A stretch of 64,000 nucleotides of DNA, taken from Chlorokybus atmophyticus. Taxonomy: Eukaryota; Plantae; Mesostigma and Chlorokybus algae. The DNA lies in assembly GCA_009103225.1 (NCBI GenBank), contig RHPI01001507.1, positions 478,805-542,804 of the forward strand, given 5' to 3'. This document shows, one piece after another, positions 36,501-48,914 of this stretch. A program made the translations under genes and the position numbers. The notes beneath the pieces are model-generated. The model was given only the letters and a program-made list of their open reading frames with translations, searched no databases and was not told the origin of the DNA. Position 1 is the first letter of the stretch; every line of letters starts with the position of its first letter.

Positions 36501-37271
36501 CACTGTGCCTTCAATGGCGACGCGAACCTGATGATGTAGATAGCCATCAAGCGGTTGTTGATGTGTGTGTTGCATTGTTGGCTTTGCGCTCAGTCAAGCA
36601 GTCTTCACTGATTGCTTCTGCTTTCAAACCATGTTGACATTGTGAACAGTTGTGCGCACCTGAGAAATGTGGGCAGCGCTCCGCCCAGAAACACCAGAGC
36701 ATATATCACGTACACGTGCGCGGGTCCGAATAGCGGAGCCACATGGTTTACCGCCACTGCCAAAGCTCCTGCACAAGGACACACGCATGATCTAAACAAT
36801 TTTAAGGTATGCACAAACACGCGAACACATGTCCATGCAAGAGTGAAGGATACTAGCAAGAGGGATTGCTGCCAAAAACTTCATGCATGCAACTCTGCTT
36901 GCATGTGCGTGCGCGTGTGCGCGCGTGTCTGTGTTTGTGTGTGCATAGCGACCATCCACAAGTTATCCTCACACAGGCCAATGCAAAAGACTGACTGCAG
37001 TTGAGAGCGAGGCACAGTTCCAGTGTCATGTGTGGACCAGGTTGACACCAAACCCGTACGTGTAAGTTGTGTACGTTTCTGAAGCGACTCTTGACTGACC
37101 GGCAATGCTTGTCCCGACGACGCGGTTGAGTCCCTTGCTGAGGCTGGTGCCGACATTGGGTTCGAGGACGAGGCCGACGGTGAGGACGGCCCAGATGCCC
37201 ACGCCCTCGAGCCACGTGTCGATCGCGGGGACGAGAACCAGCAGGGAACACAGCGTAGACGCAAGACCGAC
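33571..37271 (-). CDS. ALMT: Aluminium-activated malate transporter family anion channel, multi-exon; the 5' exon(s) above 37271 are unresolved
   Basis: Plant ALMT motifs in order: VGLASTL...WAVLTVGLVLEPNVGTSLSKGLNRVVGT, RFASPLKAQWNY, PVFAGTQLH, WEPPHGKF, YPWARY...ALDGCLRSQIQ, and C-terminal ALLIEFVTRL...AVYDLS. Confidence 0.93.
34514..34744. other. Assembly gap (231 N) inside the ALMT gene
   Basis: Run of N. Confidence 1.
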
Positions 37272-37942
37272 CTGCGTGTACATGCGCGTGTGGGTACGTG
37301 TGCATGTGCGCGCGTGTGGGTGTGCGTGTGCGTGCGTGGGTGTGCGCGTGCGTGTGGGCGTGTGCACGTGTAGCTGCGCGTGCGCGCGTGTATTCTTAAT
37401 AGGGTGAGAGTGCATTGCGTGCAACCAACCAAGTTACGTGCGTGTCAAGCCCACATTGACTCTAAACAAACAGCTATTACCTATGAATCAGGTTTTTGTT
37501 TACGTGCTGGACAAGGGGGCAACGGCGGGCTAACTGGCCAACGCAGTCCATAACCACAACAAGCATGCCACTTTGCGCCTGCTTACTACTGTGCAAAGCA
37601 GGTGTCAATGATGGCACTGTAGAAAAGTGCAACAACAAAAGGCAAATGCCTGATGAAGCCCGCGCGGGGCTGTCATAGTCACAACACACAGCAGGGTAGC
37701 ATGACAAATGCAGCAACCGAACAGTAGATAACGAAAGGAACAATGCAATGCCATAGCATGTATGTGTTGACATAGCTACAGTATGCAGCATTTAGTGCTG
37801 CTCATTGTGCACAAAACCTTTTCTTTGCGTTGTCTCTCACCTTGATTGACAGGACAAAGATGTCACCATCAGCGCCAGCTGTCACCTTCCTGCACCAGCA
37901 CTTTACCCCAAACGCCCACTTGGACAGAAACCCTAACCCTAG

Positions 37943-38188
37943 CTGGGACACCCTGCTTGCGCCTTTGCTTGCGCCTCCTGCTGCAGCTGCACTTGTGGCA
38001 TGGCTGCGGTGGTTGCCATCCTCCTCGCCGACACCACCATGGGCAACGCCGCCAAGCAGAGGCTGCTGGGCAGTGTCGCCCATGCGTACAACGCTGGCCA
38101 GGACGCTGCCCTGCCTGCCGGCGACGACACCGCGATGGAGGAGGTGAAGGACGCCGTTGGGCACATGCAGGCTGACATCCAGTCGTAA
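37943..38188 (+). CDS. Terminal exon of a small unknown gene or pseudogene (Cys-rich segment, hydrophobic helix)
   Basis: ccctaaccctag| acceptor, then LGHPACAFACASCCSCTCGMAAVVAILLADTT...ADIQS* with visibly GC3-rich codons. The upstream structure is unresolved. Confidence 0.5.
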   Translation: MGHPACAFACASCCSCTCGMAAVVAILLADTTMGNAAKQRLLGSVAHAYNAGQDAALPAGDDTAMEEVKDAVGHMQADIQS

Positions 38189-38806
38189 TATACGCATAAA
38201 GATAATAGCATGTTTGAAAGCATGGCTGTAGGCTGTAACTTACTACCATGGTGCATGCATCGAGATGTAGGCTGCTATTGGCTTACACTTATGTGCTAAT
38301 ACCCACAGGATACCTACATGCTCACTTATGTGTGTTAATAAGCTTGTACTAAAATTCTGTTTTTAACACAAGTTAAATAAGCTACACATGTAGATTATTG
38401 TGATACAAACACATGAAGTGCTGATTGACAAGCTGCTTAACTTGCTGCACATGTACATTGTACATTGCAATATGCTCCATATATGTAAGATGTGAAGGTT
38501 TTCACGGTCATATACATTTGATTGTACTTATGCTATCCAAATCAAAATTATTTGCATTATTGTATACGCGATAAAACTTTTGTATCAAACATTCAAGTTA
38601 AAGCTTGGTTAATTGCATCAATTTATTGATATCATCATTTTCATTAGAAAGCATGAATGCATCTCCAACATTATAAGACTGACAAATGGACGAATTGCCA
38701 ACACAGATAATATTTTCATAAGTGCTTTATGTCGTGAATAGACCATATAAGGCTATCTTGCATGCTCATGCTCTGCTGTCGCTACACCGGCATTGCAAGC
38801 AAACAC

Positions 38807-38933
38807 ATAGTTAGGCTAGGTATAAGATAGACCAACAGTTATCCTACAAGCGTAATTGATTTTCATGGGTACACGTGTGTTATGCTTGTCGCTAGGTGGA
38901 TACCATAAGATAGTGCATGTTTACTTATACCTT
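38807..38933. repeat. Short dispersed repeat with inner inverted ends, copy 1
   Basis: atagttaggctaggtataagatag...cttatacctt is paralleled at 41417-41534. AGGTATAAG and CTTATACCT are inverted. Confidence 0.65.
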
Positions 38934-39538
38934 AAACAACACTGCGTTGCATCAATTTTGGTAAGTCACAACATATGGTTTTATCACATGCATTGGTAAG
39001 CGAGAGAACTAAATTCTCGTATAAAAATAGTGTAAAATAATAAGTTAAAATATGTACATGAAAATGTTTGTCGCATATATAGAACAATATGTATGCGCTC
39101 ATGCATTGTTCGTGTAGTGCATGCAATAGACTTAATCACAAATACAACACATTACCATCCAATAGCTGAGCAAAGAGTAATGTGAATGCGAGGTGAGCGG
39201 CTTAGCAAAAGCCGGCGTGACACTTGAGCTCTTACAAGCCATAATCTACGCATGCAAATGACATGACTAACTTACGACCCATAGCATATATATTATGCCG
39301 TATGCACTTGGGCTTGTTGAGCACGAATGGCACTATAAATAATCATTACCTGCACAATAATGAACGCGCAAGGTGTTCACAAAAGCATCAACTCATATAC
39401 TACGGTACATAAACATGGCCCAATGCAATAACATGTGCATAAACAACGTAACTCGTCACACGACACTTGGCGTATCATCAAGCAATTGACCAAACATCTA
39501 TTGAGAGATAAGTACATATATCCACAATCAATAAGCAT

Positions 39539-40761
39539 TCACAGCTCAGCTCGGTATTCATTCAGGGCCTTGATGTAACCATTGGTGACGCCATGATGAA
39601 GTACGTAACAAAAAGCCAATAGGAATGCGCAACAGGCAGCAAAACAAATAAACTCGCCTGAAGACACACCACCACATAGTGTGAGCATGATCAGCACATC
39701 TAAAGCTACTGAATCCAAACCACACGACATAAACATAAAACTCACCTTACCTGTTACAATGGCTGGATCAGGTTCTAGCCCTATCTTCTTTGTTAACTTC
39801 ATAGATCTTCGTCCCGAAAGCGGGTATCTGCCATTTATTACCCACTTTACAACTGCATCACACACCAACACGCAAGTCTCCCCACAACCACGTGTGCGTG
39901 TGCGTACCAACCATAGATCACCTGATTGCGACATCTGCATTCTCTTGCATGCCGATATCGCTCCCACTCACACTGGCAACCTCTTCATCACCACTGCTGC
40001 CCGCGCTATCGTCATCAATGGAGTCGATATCACCTCTGCTGATCAAGCTGCTGGCGGATCGCACGCTGGCTGCTGCCTCATCTGCACGAAGCATGTGTGC
40101 GTGTGTGTGTCCGTGCGCGTGTGTGTCTACACCATGCTGAGCTCACATACATTGTGCCACAAAACTCAACAGATTCATAAGACAGAATCATCAAGGCAAG
40201 GCTGCATAGACGCACACAGAGCGCATCTTGACACATGTACACCTTTGGCTGGTATGTGTGTAAAGCAGCACAGCATCCATCCATTGCAATGCACGCACTG
40301 CACGTCTGAACGACTAAACGCGTTATGCCCAGGAGCAGTGTGACATAAATAGTGCAACATACTACGACACATTACTGCACATCGTAACACACTTGCAAGG
40401 CACTGAAGTTCACAACAGTCGCCTGTGTGGGATTCCTGGTCGCTAATTGCTCACCTGTAGGAGGGTTAGCGTGGTTTGAAGCCGCTTCATGTCCTGAACC
40501 AACGCCATTGCTGTAAGCAGGTGAGCTCAACTTGCTGCTCTGCTGCTGACTGAGGCCCTGCAGCAGTCTGGTGAGCTGCTGATCCTCCTCCTCCTCCTCC
40601 TCCTCCTCGCCGTCGGCGCTGCTCTCGCCCGCCCCCGGCCCACTGTCGCCTCCGCCACCACCACTGAGCGTCCTGAGAAGCTCTTTCCTGTCTATCGTGT
40701 CCCGCTCAGACGTTGCCTTCGCCGCTGCCGCTGCCGCCGCCGCCCCTCTACGCGCAGGCAT
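39539..40761 (-). CDS. Unknown 220-aa protein with an acidic N-terminal region and a C-terminal hydrophobic helix; 4 exons
   Basis: Exons 40761-40455, 40081-39922, 39827-39751 and 39657-39539 are GT-AG, with phases 1/2/1 that close exactly (663 nt). Confidence 0.75.
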
Positions 40762-41416
40762 CGCCGCCAAACGCCAGGAAAGACATGCTCTGAGCGCCTC
40801 AACTGTGCCTATAACATTCACTGGTGCCGTGCCTGCCACGGAACTTCCTTGACGGAAGGAAGGTAGTTTGCATGCTTTGCATGTTGATGTGAATCGCCGA
40901 CTATGCGGCCGACTGACTAAAATTGTGTTGGTTTTTGGAGGAGCTATCATGGGCTGTGAAGACCATTAAACTGAGTGCAGATTGATTGAATCCGCAAATG
41001 TTATTCTCTGTTGTGACACACATACATATATATATATAAATATATATATATATATGTGTATACGAAGCAAGTTGTGCTAATTTATTGTGCTTGTAGTAAA
41101 ATGTGATGTTTGCCTCTATCTGTCTTTAATGCTTGACTGGTAGTAGGCTTGAAATTCATGGTATATCACATGCAATTAGCATGTGTCATGCCAAAGCCTA
41201 ATAGCATGTGACAATCATGTGCATGGTGCATTGAAGTCTCATCTGATATGAGTCATATCTGATCCACTGCGCCCCAAGCGTAGCTGGCCTGACACCCTCC
41301 CTACGTGCCTGCAAGTTGTCCACCTGGTTGTCTTGCCCCTGCTGCCACTGCACCAGCATTGCACACGCACGTATTGCATGCACGAGTACATGCACATCAT
41401 TGCAGATACTTTACAA

Positions 41417-41534
41417 ATAGCTAGGCTAGGTATAGGATAGGCCAACGGCTATGCCCCTAGTGTGATAAGTTTTCATGGGTATCCGTGCGCTTGCTTGCCG
41501 TTAGGTAGATAGGGTGCATGCTTGATTATACCTT
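41417..41534. repeat. Short dispersed repeat, copy 2
   Basis: atagctaggctaggtataggatag...ttatacctt. Confidence 0.65.
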
Positions 41535-42247
41535 ATATGACATGAGTCATATCGGTGAGCGCTGACGCGCTGGACATCATGTATACATAATTTGACGTAA
41601 TGGTGACATCTTAGCGCATCAACACATGTTTATAGCCAGACAGTGCGACACTTACCGGATTACAATGCATACCCAATCATTGAATACCTTGGGCATATGT
41701 TGCTGCTTGTGATGGACTACAGCAGCTGTAAGTACATTGCTCTTAATTAGCCAGGCCTTGCAAACCACGCAATTAAGGCTAATCACAATGAATCTACAAT
41801 GAATAATGGGACAGTGGCCCGATGTTCTGACCTAGTTCAGCACCTTGCAATTGAAGTGCAGACACTCAGTACTGATCAATGTCTTCAATACGAGGTGGCT
41901 TCCAATCTATGCGCGGTCTGCATAGAGAGAAGAGAGAATGAAGTTCCAATGTCAATGTCACGTGCACGTCAGCATGAAGTTTTCTCTCAACAACAGTGTG
42001 TCTCACTTCACAACGGTTACAGCACCATATAACAGGCTCAAAGCGAGACCATGAAATGCTATATACATGCGCGACTAGTATAATACATGGTGGGTGGAGA
42101 AGAGCTATACAAGTCTACAGCTACAACGGGGTTCGCAAGCTGCGTGTTTGGGCATGTGACAGGACAAGATCCTACAATGTCCTTTTATCTGATGAAGCCG
42201 CCAACCCACATGCTACACAGAGCATCTAAAACCACACAAGACCACGC

Positions 42248-45200
42248 TTACTCCATGCCCAGGTACTGCCCGTGATCCTCCTGGTCAAGTCTTGCAGCTA
42301 CCTGCAACACATGACAGAGCCACAGTGTGATGTCTTCTGCAACCACTGAGTGACTATGTACGTGAGTGGTTTCCGGTTCTTTTACCTGCGCGTGCGAGCC
42401 GCCCATAAGATCGAGCACTTGTCGCCAGAGCGGCCGCGGCAACGATAAGCAGTGCTGAGTGGCAAGGCTAGAACACGCCGCCGCAATATACCTGTAAGAA
42501 GTGTAAGATGCGGTAGATATGGACCAACTGCAGCGCATGCTTGCCATGCAGCTCGCTAACGCTGCATGCCATAATATGTTGAACTTCATCCAGGCACACA
42601 CGGTTATCCACTCCGCATGCAAAGCTGCAAAGGTTGTTACGTGCTTGCTGCAACACAACACACCAAGTTCAACAGCAAGCCATGCTTGCTTGCTGTACTG
42701 ACCAGTTTCCAAGTGCAATCTCGGTTGCCAGCTGTCCTGGCGCCCAGCCCGCATGCCCGAAAAAGAACTTGAATTCCGATGTGGCGGCCGCGTTCGCTGT
42801 AACAGCTTCCTGCGCAGGAAAGCCGCCCACAGCTGAGCATATGTATAGTAGCACGTAACACACAAGCGCACGCTCACATACGCGCGCAAGCACGCACACA
42901 ATTGAATTAACAACAACGTTGCAAAACGAATTGGCATGAAGTGATGTCCACAGATTGACCATGTGCGCATAATGGGATGCATGTGCCACAAGTGATGCAA
43001 CAAGCGCACGTCACAAGCCAATCAACAATGTCATGCTCCTGTGGTGCCAATGTGCCAATGCAAACCTCAGCGTGCTCCGGATGGCCAACAAAGACGCCCT
43101 CCATGACTTTGGTAGACCCGCGCACGACGTCGCCGCGGCCGTGCACCGAGAGCACCATGTTGGGACGCACGGGACCCCCGAGGTAGAACGGCTCCGCGCC
43201 AAAACGCTGGCGGAAGTGCTCGCTCAAGCCGGCGCCTTGCGAAAGCTGACCAAACTGTTCACACACAGTCATTGGCGTTGTGAGCGAGACATACAATGCA
43301 GGAACAATCCCACGCAATCCTGTCAGTTGAACGGTTGAACAATCGTCCATGCAAGCTGACTGGCTGCATGCTCACTCCGTTGAGTGGAGCAACCGATGGT
43401 TGTATCATGCAACAGTGACATGGCACTGATGCGTATGCTAAGACAGTGGCATGTGCTAAGTCGTGCCTATCTGCTTGCACAAGCGTGTACATACAGCTTA
43501 CAGGCGCACACGTGCATGTGCACCCACACAGTAGGACAATGGCATGTGTGTGCTGAATTGTATGCCTACGTGTACATGCACGCACATGTACCCCTTGTAG
43601 TTAGAGTATCACAACACAGGCATAACCCGAACAAAGGGTTGACTGACATTGAGTGAGTGTATGAACAACACCAGCAGAGCCTGCGCAACTCTTGATAATT
43701 TACCTTCATAGGCGATGGTCTGTTGAGCACAAGGCCCATGGTGCCGGTCCGATCATCGTGTTCCAGTATGAGAATGACAGTCTGCCAAAAAAGGCCGCGC
43801 AAGCCCTCGTGCGCCAACAGCAAGCAGCCCTGAAGTGATATGTGTATGCTATGTTTATACAATGTGTTCAAGTCACATGCAACACAGGCCTGGTCGCACA
43901 CAATAACAAACGACTACAACAATAACAAAGCTGCTGCACCTTCTCAACTTGTGCTATTGGATGCGCCCATGCGCCAGATTGCTTTGCTTTGCGCGTCACT
44001 GGGCTGGCGGGTTCTGAGGAGTGTTTTGCTGCCGTCTGTGTTTGGACAGAGCCTCCATTTGCATGGTTGTGTGTATTGTTGTACTTGTGCAGAGCAACGA
44101 GCACATTGGAAGCAACACCTCAGCAAAGCTATTTGCAACATGCTCTCAGTGAAGCAATAAAACCAGCTTCACATGCGAAACCATAGATGCATGCGAACAT
44201 GGATGCATTACAACTGTTCACGAGCCCCCTTGCATGAACAGCCTGACTGAATAAACTTCATGTGCAATCAACACATCCTAGCCATCCGACAGGCCCACAT
44301 GCCAACAAACTGCATGCAGTTTGTATATTTCTGACACATGCAAAGCTGCTTGTTGCTCGATGCATGTGCTGCTCGCACAAACTCAAAATCTGATGCAGTC
44401 GATACTGACACGCGCATGCACTTATATTGTTTAAATGATAAGAGTGCTACACACACAGCACTAACGAGTCATGGCTGCCACGCGCATGCAATCAACACAA
44501 ACAACAAAACACACTGCATGCACGCTGCGCGCGCTATCGTAGCATCAACATACCCAACCAAAGCATGCAATGCACATACAATCAGCAACAGCCCACCTCT
44601 TCCGTGGCGATCATCCTCGCCCTGAACGCCCTCCAGTCCTCTCCCAGCGCTGGCGGCAACGCGCCGTCATCCTTGTCCTTCCCAGACTGTGCGGCTCCCT
44701 CGCCTTCGTTGTCGTTGTTAGCGCGCACAATCAGCAGGTGGGAGCGCCCAGCTGACAACCTTCTCCTCAACCATATTGAAACATAAGGGGAGGATTTTGG
44801 GAGCAAAGCGAGAGAGCACTTTCTCGGATGGCGCACAGTCGGCTGCAAAAAGACAGTGGTTACATGTATTGTGATGTACATATATCATGCATGCAATTGA
44901 CGCAACAATCTAGCAGATTGGTTGGTGTCAACGAGGCATCGTTGTTGAAGCAATGTTGGTAGGAACGCTTGACACATTATGACGGTTGCTACTGGGGAAT
45001 GCAGGATGACACAAGTGTATACTATTGGCCGGCGTAATGCCTGACAATGCTTGCGCTGCACACACTTACAAGGCAGCAAAATATAAGAAAGGCAACACAA
45101 AGAGTAGTAATTGAATGCTGTAAGCAAATGCATGCGTCAAGACATTTATCAAAGGGCGAGCAATCAAGGGTTCAATGCACATGTAGGCAATTAGGGTTTC

Positions 45201-45383
45201 CTTTGTAGCATGCACTCCCGAGGCAGATCAGACTGTGCTCTCAGCTCCGGCACACCAGCAGAGCAAGCAAGCAAGCAAGCAGATAACGCATTGAATCACA
45301 GTTCACACCTTGTGAGAAGACGAAGTAGAGGCGTACAGCGACGCCGCCGGCGTCGCCGTCGCCGCCGAGGCAGCTGTCGCCAT
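42248..45383 (-). CDS. DUF179 (YqgE/AlgH-like) protein, probably plastid-targeted
   Basis: Ala/Ser/Arg-rich N-terminus ending IVRA, then DWRAFRARMIATEE, WAHPIAQVEKGCLLLA, VILILEHD...GLVLNRP, YLGGPV, FKFFFGHAGWAPGQLATEI and LPRPLWRQVLDLMGG, on GT-AG exons. Confidence 0.9.
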
Positions 45384-45890
45384 GCTCAGCACAGTTGTGA
45401 AGGCAACTAACACACCTCCAAGCGCTGCTGCAGCTGCGTCGCCTCGGCTATCGCCACTCAACTGACGCAGGCGACTACGACGGCAAACCCGCCTACCGGA
45501 ATAACCCCCAACCAACGCCCCCGCCCCCGCCCCCAACCCCGCCAACGTCGCCGCCCCCTGCCGCCTGCCCGCTTCGCCCGCCACGTGGCAACGCTTTTCA
45601 AAGGTTTTTTGTTGCTCAGACCAAATGAATGTGACTTAGACAGTATCTTCGGTCCGTAACAGGGTACGGTTAATGACATCTCAGATACCATGAGTCACGC
45701 AACTCGGTGGGTTTGTAAGTATGAGAATACGTTGAGTGACGCGACTTGCTTACAATCATCTTCCAGCTTGGATACGCTACATTGTGTATTGCAACTGCAT
45801 TGATTAGACCAGTGACGTGATCGGTTACGTGACCGCATTACGGACTAATTACGGAGTGATTAACCACCAGGCCGTGCCAGGCCGGCGGCC
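45384..45890. promoter_or_regulatory. Probable bidirectional promoter region
   Basis: Only about 500 bp separates the divergent start codons at 45383 (-) and 45891 (+). A GC/G-rich 5' UTR lies on the minus side. Confidence 0.5.
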
Positions 45891-48843
45891 ATGGTGGTGG
45901 CGGCGGCGGCGGTGTCGGTGCCACGGAGGAGGTCTAAATGGCGGCGGTGGCTGCTGTTGCTGCCGCCACCATTGCTTGTGGCGATGTTGCTGCTGGCGGC
46001 CCCTCCAGGCCTGGCGTCGGTCTGGTCTGGTGGCGGCGGCGGCCTGATGATCGGCGCCACCAGGCCGGACCAGGCCAGACGCATTGCACTGGCCGAACAC
46101 AATATCACAGGCGAGGACGATGAAGATACCAACAACCTAGTCGATCTACAATTCAAAGTAAGTGTGCATTGCAAGCGATATTACACACACACACACACAC
46201 GCACGCACGCACGCACACACACACACACACACACACGTGTATATGTCTCAAACAGGTGGTTGTGTTGAGAGGTCAGTTGCAGAAAGAACGAGCGGAGCGT
46301 GTGGCTTTGCAACAAAAACGACAACACGCACACGCAAGCAGCCCTGACCAACACGCTCACACGCACAGCACGCACCAACACCATCACCACACCAGCACAA
46401 GTATGATGCTGGCAGTGAAAAGTCACACACACGCACACAGAGCTTGCGTGTGTGTGCAACTGCGCATACACGCACGCAAGAGCGCGTGTGCGTGTGCACG
46501 TATGCAGTCGTGTGCGCGTGCCTTGGCGTGCCCGTCTGCACATGCAGCACCCATTCAACATTTACACGCACACGCACATGCACACGTATGGCACATGTAC
46601 ACGCAGTGTGCATGCGCGCGTTCCAGTGTGTGTGAGTGTGTGTATCATGACATTGATAGGGAACTCATCCCACCACTGTCAGACACCAGTGACGAGGAGG
46701 ACGCCAAGTGGCTCGCCCACCTCCGCTCCTCCGCCGCATCCATCCTCGAAGGTACACACATACCCACATATCCAACAACAACAGCAGCAGCAGTACCAAC
46801 CTCATGTTGGGGATCAGGTGTGGAGATGAGGATCAGCGATCACAACCGGCGCAACAAGATGTTCGACACGGTCAAGTCCGTCTGGCACGGGTTGAGACAC
46901 ATGCGGGTGGGTGGGGACTCGTCGCTGTTGTTGTGACGTGTGTCGTTGGTGTGGAGAGTTTGTGTGACCCGATGAGTTGTGTTTGTAGACTCACGGCGAC
47001 CCGATGAAGCTCTCGGCCCGTGCTGTGCGGCGCAAACTCATCACCGAAGGAGTAAGAGATTTGTTGTGTGTTTTACTACTTTTGCATCTGACACGCACAC
47101 ACACACATACACACACGCACACATGCAGGGTCCCCCCCTCCCCCAGCTCCTGACCTGCGCCCTCGTCGGCAACGCACGCTCACTCCTCCGCAACAACAAT
47201 AACAACAACAACAGTCACAACCACACGTCGGGTTTTGGGCCGGAGATCGACGGGCACGAGGGGGTGCTGAGACTGAACCAGGCGCCAACAAGGGGGTAAG
47301 AGATTGTGTGGGCATTTGTGTGTGTGGGTGGGTGCGTATGTGTGGGTGGGTGGATGTGGGTGTGAAACTGAAGTTCAATGGCAGGTATGAGAAGCGTGTG
47401 GGGTCGAAGACGACGCATCGGTTGATGAACCATAAGTGGGCTCGGGCGTACGCTGAGAACCAAGATCGGTGAGCGAGTGGCTTATATGTACTACCACTGT
47501 AATGTAACGCGATCACCCACACGCGCACGCACGCATGCACACACGCACACACATCTCTTTCACCAGGCTTGCGCTGGAGCCCGGCGTGACCCCCGTGATG
47601 TCCCGCACGGACCCGCGCGAGTTCCTGACCTACGCGCAGATGTTCGCCAACGCGCACCGAGGGGCGCAGGCGAGTGTGTGTGCGTATGCGTGCGTGCGCG
47701 TGTGCGTGTGTCACATGCACACACACTGCTCCTGTGCTCTTCTGTCAACTTTAGTAGATGCGCGTGTTTGTGAGTGTCCGTGTGCGTGTGCGCGTGCATG
47801 CGTGCGTGTGGTGTAATGTTGGTGATGCGCGCAGCAGCGTGTTTGTGTGTTGCGAGCGCGGTGTGTGGTCTCAACTTATCAACACACAGGCGCTGTTGCT
47901 GCATCATGAGGCGCTGAATGCCACGGGGGCGACGTTGAGACATCTCAAAGCCAAGGTATGCCAAAGGAAAAATAGCTTATTAGCTGTTCGTAAACACATA
48001 ATCGCACTCACAAGCACACTTGCACACATACACATGTGCACGCGCACGCGCATGCGCACACGCACAACGAACTCACGCATGCAGAGACGCATGCACCCAC
48101 ACACATGCGCGCACACACGCACGTACGCACGCACGCGCACGTGTGCACACACACAGACTCACTCGTAACATGCTGCAGTTGGAGCACATGCGGGGTAGGC
48201 CGTACGCTGGCAAAGGCTCGCCGTCTTCCGGCTTCGTGGGCGTGTGGCTGCTGCTACAGGTGACATGTGTGCATGTGCGTGTGCGTGCGGTGCACAACTC
48301 ACTGCATCATCGCCACCAGATGTGTAAGCAAGTGGACGTGTACGGTGTTGGCGACGAGGCACCGAGTAAGACGGGCAAGCACGCCGCATGGCATTACTTT
48401 GAGAGTGAGTCCGCTCTGTTTGATACCTAAACTTTGCACCTGTGTGGCATTCCTCCTTGACAATAATAACACTGCACAATGCATTCACCCCACTGGTTGA
48501 CACACACCCCACTCAGATGCCAAGTTCCGAGCCTCGCGCGAGTTCGGGTCCGACCCACACCATTCGTGGGAACTCGAACACCACGTCTTACAGGTAACAC
48601 AACATGGTACCGAAACACGACTTTTCATCACTACATTAGTAGTGGTTCTCAATCACATAGAAGCATGTATGATGGTTAGCGTCGGATGCTAGAGTAATTC
48701 TCATCTCATGACATAATTATGTTGTAACACAGATATTTGACGCTGCGGGGATGATAAGGCACGTGCTCGCTCCCCCGCACAAAGAAAGGCACGCCGCCGC
48801 CGCTCCTGAAGTGGCGTTGCATGAGCACATAGAACCGCCTTAG
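45891..48843 (+). CDS. Glycosyltransferase family 29 (sialyltransferase-like), type II membrane protein, multi-exon
   Basis: N-terminal basic plus hydrophobic anchor. Sialylmotif L: CALVGNARSLL...[30 protein letters not shown]. Motif S: PSSGFVGVWLLLQMCKQVDVYG. Motif III: WHYF. Motif VS: HHSWELEH. The last exon is 48734-48843. Confidence 0.92.
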
Positions 48844-48914
48844 CCTATGCTTTATGTGCAAAAGTTGTAGGGGATTCTGGGGTTTATTCTGTATACGCTT
48901 ATGACTATAAAGTA

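Noticed and set aside
39681-40343. 220-aa plus-strand ORF
   Set aside because: It is the antisense shadow of the phase-consistent 4-exon minus-strand gene and runs through intronic GT repeats.
46162-48430. Many His/Thr/Cys/Val/Arg-rich ORFs (also 33.8-37.4 kb and 63.2-63.6 kb)
   Set aside because: Products of CA/GT-repeat introns.
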